64,000 bases of DNA from Patescibacteria group bacterium (lineage in GTDB: Bacteria > Patescibacteriota > Microgenomatia > Levybacterales > UBA12049), in the NCBI GenBank assembly GCA_038062115.1, contig JBBTXS010000008.1:12484-76483 (forward strand). Direction: 5' to 3'. Shown here in pieces: positions 59,408 through 64,000 of this stretch. Under the pieces are notes generated by a model. That model was not told where the DNA came from, did not search any database, and saw only the letters and a list, made by a program, of their open reading frames with translations. Position 1 is the first letter of the stretch; each line of letters begins with the position of its first letter. The position numbers and the translations under genes are program-made.

Positions 59408-62400
59408 TTATACCTCATCTTGCTGTCTACCTTCAACGGGTATAAGACGGCCAATAATAACGTTTTCTTTAAGTCCAACAAGTTTATCTTCGCGTCCCTC
59501 TAAAGCTGCCTCTGTTAATACTTTAGTTGTTTCTTGGAACGATGCTGCCGAAAGCCACGAATCAGAAAACAAAGCAGACTTAGTGATTCCCAATATAGTT
59601 TGTCTCGCGGTCGACGGCTCTCCTCCTTGGGAAATTACATCTTGGTTAATCTCGCCAAATTTTGTTTTTGTTACAAAGGCACCTGGAATTAGTGACGTAT
59701 CTCCTACAGTTTCTACGACTACTTTATCCGACATCTTGCGAAGCACTACTTCAAAATGTTTATCGTTAATAGTTATACCCTGAGATTCATATACCTTTTG
59801 AGCCTCAGTTATAATGTATCTTTGTGCATCTGTTAAGCCTAGAATTCTAAGAATTTCTTTTGGATCAAGATACCCAACAGCTAGTTGTGCTCCCGTTCTA
59901 ACTTCTTCACCATCCATTACACTAAGTTTCGAAGTTTTAGGAATAAAGTATTCTCTTTCTTGAGCTTTTGCCCCTTTTATTCTTAAAATATATCCATCAT
60001 CTGTAGTTTCAATTTTTACTCGTCCGTGTACTTCGGAGATTGGGGATAAATTTTTGGGTGTTCTCATTTCAAATAATTCTTCAACCCGAGGCAAACCTTG
60101 AGTAACATCAGACATAACAACTCCGCCAAAATGTCTAACTCTCATTGTCAACTGAGTACCTGGTTCTCCAATTGACTGAGCAGCAATTACACCAACTGGG
60201 ACCCCAACTTCTACAATCTTTCGAGTAGAAAAGTCCCAACCATAACAATCTGTACATATACCATACTTTAATCTACAAGTAATAGGAGATCTAACAACTA
60301 TCTCATTAACATCATTATCTGCTATTTGTTTTGCTTTTTCCTCTGTTATTACCTCTCTGCTATTAAGTATTACTTTTTTAGTCTTTTTGGATACAACGTT
60401 TTCGGCAACCACCCTTCCTAAAATTCTGCTAACAAATGGGGTCATTATCTCAGCTTCATCTTTTCTTATAAGAATTCCCTCTTTACCTCCGCAATCCTCT
60501 TCTCTAACAATTACATCATGGGATGCATCAACTAGTCTTCTTGTTAAATAACCAGCGTTTGCGGTTTTTAAGGCCGAGTCTGTGAGACCTTTTCTAGATC
60601 CGCGAGCAGATGCAACATATTCAAAGATAGACAATCCTTCTCTAAAGTTTGATTTAATTGGAAGCTCGACTATTTTTCCCAATGGATCAAGAATAAGTCC
60701 CTTCATCGCAGAGAGTTGCTTTAATTGCTCTTTACCAGCTCTTGCTCCTTCGGAGTCAATAATAACTTTAATAACATTTGTATCTTTTAAGTTATCCCAT
60801 GTAAGATCAGCTATTTTGTCTGCTATCTTAAGCCAAACATCGTTTGATAATCGCTTTTTTTCATCGATTGTGATAAGTCCTTTTTGATAATCTGCTTCAA
60901 TTTCTGCCACCTTTTTTTCAGCGCCCCTAATAAACCGTTCTCTTTCTTTAATCATCTCGTTGTCAAAGACAGAAACTGATATTCCAGAGATTGTAGCCCC
61001 ATAAAATCCAAGTGACTTAATAGAATCAATTAAGGCTTGAGTCTCGTCAGGCTTGGAAACTGCAATTGCTTGCGTTATTATTCTTTTAATTCCCGTTGCA
61101 TTAATAGAGTAATTAACAAAATCAAAAGATTCTGGCAGATGCTCATTGAAGAAAATTCTACCAATTGTTGTTTCTATAATTTTATTGTTAATTCTAACTT
61201 GAATAGGCTCTCTAAGTGTTACAATCTTTAGGCTATGTGCCAAAATTGCATCTTGTATATCTTTAAATACCAAAGGTTCTTCTTTTCGTTGGGATTCATC
61301 TGTGGTTGTTAGGTAATAGATTCCAACCGCCATCTCTTTATTAGGAAGTGTTATAACGCTTCCATCCGCTGGCTTGAGTAAATTATGTTTTGGCATCATA
61401 AGATTTAATGCTTCTTCCTGAGCCCTTTTTGAAAGAGGAATATGAACCGCCATTTGGTCCCCATCAAAATCTGCATTATAACCAGCACATACACATGGGT
61501 GAAGCGCTATTGCTAAGCCTTCTATAAGAATTGGATAAAATGCCTGAATACTAAGCTTATGCAGTGTTGGAGCACGGTTTAGTAAAACTGGATGATTCTT
61601 TGTAATTTCTTCTAAAATATCAAAAACTTCTGGTGGTCCTTTGTCTATAAATCTTTTCGCAGATTTTATATTTGTAGCGAAACCTCGTAAAATAATTTCT
61701 CTAAGAACAAAAGGCTTGAACATCTCAAGTGCCATTTCTTTTGGAAGACCACATTGTGAAAGATTAAGTTGTGGACCAACCACAATGACAGAACGGCCAG
61801 AATAATCAACTCTTTTTCCCAAGAGGTTTTGTCTAAATCTCCCTTGCTTACCCCTGAGCATATCGGAGAGCGATCTAAGAGGAGAGGCTACAACTTGATT
61901 AGTTCTTTGAGATATATCTATAAGAGAATCAACTCCCTCTTGAAGCATTCTTCTTTCGTTTTTAAGAATTATTCCTGGTGCACCAAGAGACATTAAATGT
62001 TTTAATCTATTGTTTCTGTTAATTACTCTTCTATATAAATCATTTAGATCTGAAGTTGCAAAACGTCCTCCAGATAATTGAACCATAGGACGAAGGTCAG
62101 GCGGAATTACTGGCAAAACCGAAAGAAGCATAAAAGAAGGTTGTACTCTTGCCCTTCGCATTGCTTCAATTAATCTTAGTCTTTTTATAAGCTTTAGATA
62201 CTTTTGTCCCTTAGCTTTTTCGATTTGTTTCCGAAGCTTGATAATAAGAGAGGGTAGATCTATTTTTTCAAGCAAATCCAATATACCTTCCCCCCCAGTT
62301 TTATATGTGAAAAATATTGGAATATCGTATTCTAAAATCTTAAAGTATTCGTCTTCGGAAAAGACTGCTCCCACTTTTAGACTTTTAAGAAGATTTAAAA

Positions 62401-63115
62401 ATACATCGAAAACTTCATCTTGTTTTTTGCTTTCTTCTTCAAAGCGCAAAGTTACAGCAGCAATTTTTTGTCTTCTTTCAAGCTCTAGTTCTTGTTCAAT
62501 AAGCTCTTTCTGTTCGGGCTCAACTTTACTTGCCTGCATTTCTTTTTTCTTAATCTTTATTTCCTCATTTACTCTTTTCTCCCCTAAAGCCTTCTCTTCT
62601 TTTTGTCGTTTTCTTCTTTTTTCTACGTTCTGGTTAAATACTTTTATGGCCTCTTCTTTTTTGTCTTCATCAATATCGATTATTAAATAAGACGCATAAT
62701 ATATAACAGATTCAAGATTTTTTTGAGGCATGTCTAAAATAAGAGATATTGGCGAAGATGAACTTTTAAAGAACCAAACGTGTGCTACGGGAGAAGCCAA
62801 TGTTATATGCCCCATTCTTTCACGTCTAACGCGAGATAAAGTAACTTCTACTCCACATTTATCGCACACTATTCCTCTATATCTGACTCTTTTATATTTT
62901 CCACAATAACATTCCCAATCTTTTGTTGGTCCAAAAATCCTCTCGTCAAAAAGTCCGTCTTTTTCCGGCCTAAGAGTTCTATAATTAATAGTTTCTGGTT
63001 TGGTAACTTCGCCATAAGACCAAGATAAAATCTCCTCCCGGCTTGCTAAAGAAATTTTTAGAGCTTTAAAGTCTAATATTGTTATATCTTTCATTTTTTT
63101 ATCGATATTATTCAT
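59408..63115 (-). CDS. rpoC: DNA-directed RNA polymerase subunit beta'
   Basis: 1235 aa. Zn motif [23 protein letters not shown], catalytic [12 protein letters not shown], trigger-loop and bridge-helix regions. Includes a Lys/Glu-rich lineage-specific insertion near residues 150-300. Confidence 0.97.
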   Translation of the reverse strand: MNNIDKKMKDITILDFKALKISLASREEILSWSYGEVTKPETINYRTLRPEKDGLFDERIFGPTKDWECYCGKYKRVRYRGIVCDKCGVEVTLSRVRRERMGHITLASPVAHVWFFKSSSSPISLILDMPQKNLESVIYYASYLIIDIDEDKKEEAIKVFNQNVEKRRKRQKEEKALGEKRVNEEIKIKKKEMQASKVEPEQKELIEQELELERRQKIAAVTLRFEEESKKQDEVFDVFLNLLKSLKVGAVFSEDEYFKILEYDIPIFFTYKTGGEGILDLLEKIDLPSLIIKLRKQIEKAKGQKYLKLIKRLRLIEAMRRARVQPSFMLLSVLPVIPPDLRPMVQLSGGRFATSDLNDLYRRVINRNNRLKHLMSLGAPGIILKNERRMLQEGVDSLIDISQRTNQVVASPLRSLSDMLRGKQGRFRQNLLGKRVDYSGRSVIVVGPQLNLSQCGLPKEMALEMFKPFVLREIILRGFATNIKSAKRFIDKGPPEVFDILEEITKNHPVLLNRAPTLHKLSIQAFYPILIEGLAIALHPCVCAGYNADFDGDQMAVHIPLSKRAQEEALNLMMPKHNLLKPADGSVITLPNKEMAVGIYYLTTTDESQRKEEPLVFKDIQDAILAHSLKIVTLREPIQVRINNKIIETTIGRIFFNEHLPESFDFVNYSINATGIKRIITQAIAVSKPDETQALIDSIKSLGFYGATISGISVSVFDNEMIKERERFIRGAEKKVAEIEADYQKGLITIDEKKRLSNDVWLKIADKIADLTWDNLKDTNVIKVIIDSEGARAGKEQLKQLSAMKGLILDPLGKIVELPIKSNFREGLSIFEYVASARGSRKGLTDSALKTANAGYLTRRLVDASHDVIVREEDCGGKEGILIRKDEAEIMTPFVSRILGRVVAENVVSKKTKKVILNSREVITEEKAKQIADNDVNEIVVRSPITCRLKYGICTDCYGWDFSTRKIVEVGVPVGVIAAQSIGEPGTQLTMRVRHFGGVVMSDVTQGLPRVEELFEMRTPKNLSPISEVHGRVKIETTDDGYILRIKGAKAQEREYFIPKTSKLSVMDGEEVRTGAQLAVGYLDPKEILRILGLTDAQRYIITEAQKVYESQGITINDKHFEVVLRKMSDKVVVETVGDTSLIPGAFVTKTKFGEINQDVISQGGEPSTARQTILGITKSALFSDSWLSAASFQETTKVLTEAALEGREDKLVGLKENVIIGRLIPVEGRQQDEV

Positions 63116-63116
63116 A

Positions 63117-64000
63117 CTATTTAGTTAATGCTTTCTCAAGCTCTTTTGCCTCCTCTTCTTTTTTGTCTTCCAATTTCTCTCCCTCCCCTGTCTTTGTTGT
63201 AGAAAGAGCAGTTAACTGTTCTTGTGCAACTGTTGCTCCAATGGGGCTAATATTTAACGAAAGCGAAGCTAGTTCTTTCATTAATACTTTAAAAGATTCT
63301 GGAACTCTTGGTGTTGGAATGTCTAATCCCTTAACAATTGCCTCAAATGCCTTGGCGCGTCCAACAACATCGTCTGACTTTATGGTTAACATTTCTTGCA
63401 AGGTATACCTTGCCCTGTGGGCGTCCAGTGCCCAAACCTCCATCTCCCCCAACCGCTGACCTCCCATTTGTGCTTTTCCACCAAGTGGTTGTTGAGTAAC
63501 TAAAGAGTATGGACCAGTTGATCTGGCATGAGTTTTGTCCTCGACCATGTGGATAAGCTTCATCATGTATTCAACTCCAACAACAACCGGATTTTCGTAT
63601 GCCTCCCCGGTTCGACCATCATAGAGAACTGATTTACCATCTTCTGGAAGGTGTGCCTCCTTAAGACTTGCCACAATTTTATCTTCCCCTACCTCTTCAA
63701 ATACTGGCACTCCTACCTTAATGTTTAATCGTTTACAGGCAAGCCCAAGATGAGCCTCCAAAAGTTGACCCAAATTCATACGAGCCAAAACACTAATTGG
63801 AGAAATGACAATATCAATTGGAGTTCCATCTGCAAGGTATGGCATGTCACTTTCTGGCAAAATTTTAGAAATAACCCCTTTATTTCCATGACGTCCTGCA
63901 AGCTTATCACCAACAACAACGTGTCTAAACTGTGCAACCTCAACAATAATTTTTTTAACAGCTCCAGGCTCCAACTCCTCCCCCTTTTTTCTGTCTAAAA
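63117..64000 (-). CDS. rpoB: DNA-directed RNA polymerase subunit beta, C-terminal part (runs off the window)
   Basis: [41 protein letters not shown]. The reading frame stays open to the window edge. Its stop lies 1 nt before the rpoC start. Confidence 0.95.
   Translation of the reverse strand, partial: LDRKKGEELEPGAVKKIIVEVAQFRHVVVGDKLAGRHGNKGVISKILPESDMPYLADGTPIDIVISPISVLARMNLGQLLEAHLGLACKRLNIKVGVPVFEEVGEDKIVASLKEAHLPEDGKSVLYDGRTGEAYENPVVVGVEYMMKLIHMVEDKTHARSTGPYSLVTQQPLGGKAQMGGQRLGEMEVWALDAHRARYTLQEMLTIKSDDVVGRAKAFEAIVKGLDIPTPRVPESFKVLMKELASLSLNISPIGATVAQEQLTALSTTKTGEGEKLEDKKEEEAKELEKALTK

Noticed and set aside
62238-62690. 150-aa plus-strand ORF antisense to rpoC (and 59583..59783, 60582..60887, 61037..61231, 61769..61996, 63079..63459, 63750..63998)
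   Set aside because: All are antisense to highly conserved rpoC/rpoB coding sequence. The 62238 ORF mirrors the Lys/Glu-rich insertion and is a low-complexity Ser/Phe artefact.

Overview
AT-rich bacterial window read with the standard genetic code; TGA ends well-bounded genes. I call about 60 protein genes, one tRNA-Pro(GGG), a compact RNase P RNA and many short dispersed repeats. Type IV pilin, split transketolase, PT-linker surface proteins, cohesin/dockerin and 1-8 nt gene overlaps suggest a small-genome Patescibacteria/CPR-like organism; this is inference only. All domain calls come from motifs read in the ORF translations, with no database search. Layout: 0-3.9 kb pilus genes, GH18, response regulator. 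3.9-17.4 kb is a surface-protein island: three copies of an unassigned Cys/His-rich domain, a 943-aa Cys-module plus Tyr/Thr/Pro-repeat protein, and a 1640-aa M23 peptidase-GH5-dockerin protein followed by a membrane-anchored cohesin protein. 17.4-23.3 kb sugar-phosphate genes. 24-29.5 kb ABC exporter, FtsK, RodZ-like. 30-36.8 kb recA-lexA-[nuclease/methylase, membrane protein, S subunit]-recX, interrupted by a GIY-YIG gene and palindromic repeats. 36.9-41.4 kb RNase Y, HU, ABC transporter, rnpB. 41.5-45.3 kb MntA/HepT and a helicase-nuclease. 45.3-53.8 kb housekeeping. 53.9-64 kb rpoB-rpoC-rpsL-rpsG ... fusA. Main leads: (1) a ~1 kb higher-GC insert directly after rpsG, bracketed by a 95-nt duplicate of the rpsG 3' end whose 11 differences are 10 synonymous and 1 nonsynonymous; (2) tsaD stays open across three or four insertions of the same palindromic and tandem repeats seen in intergenic DNA; (3) the dockerin enzyme plus cohesin anchor pair; (4) a BcgI-like restriction-modification module with a translationally coupled membrane protein, embedded in the recA-lexA-recX cluster; (5) MITE-like elements with 9-18 bp flanking direct repeats, and dispersed 7- and 8-nt tandem micro-arrays inside genes.
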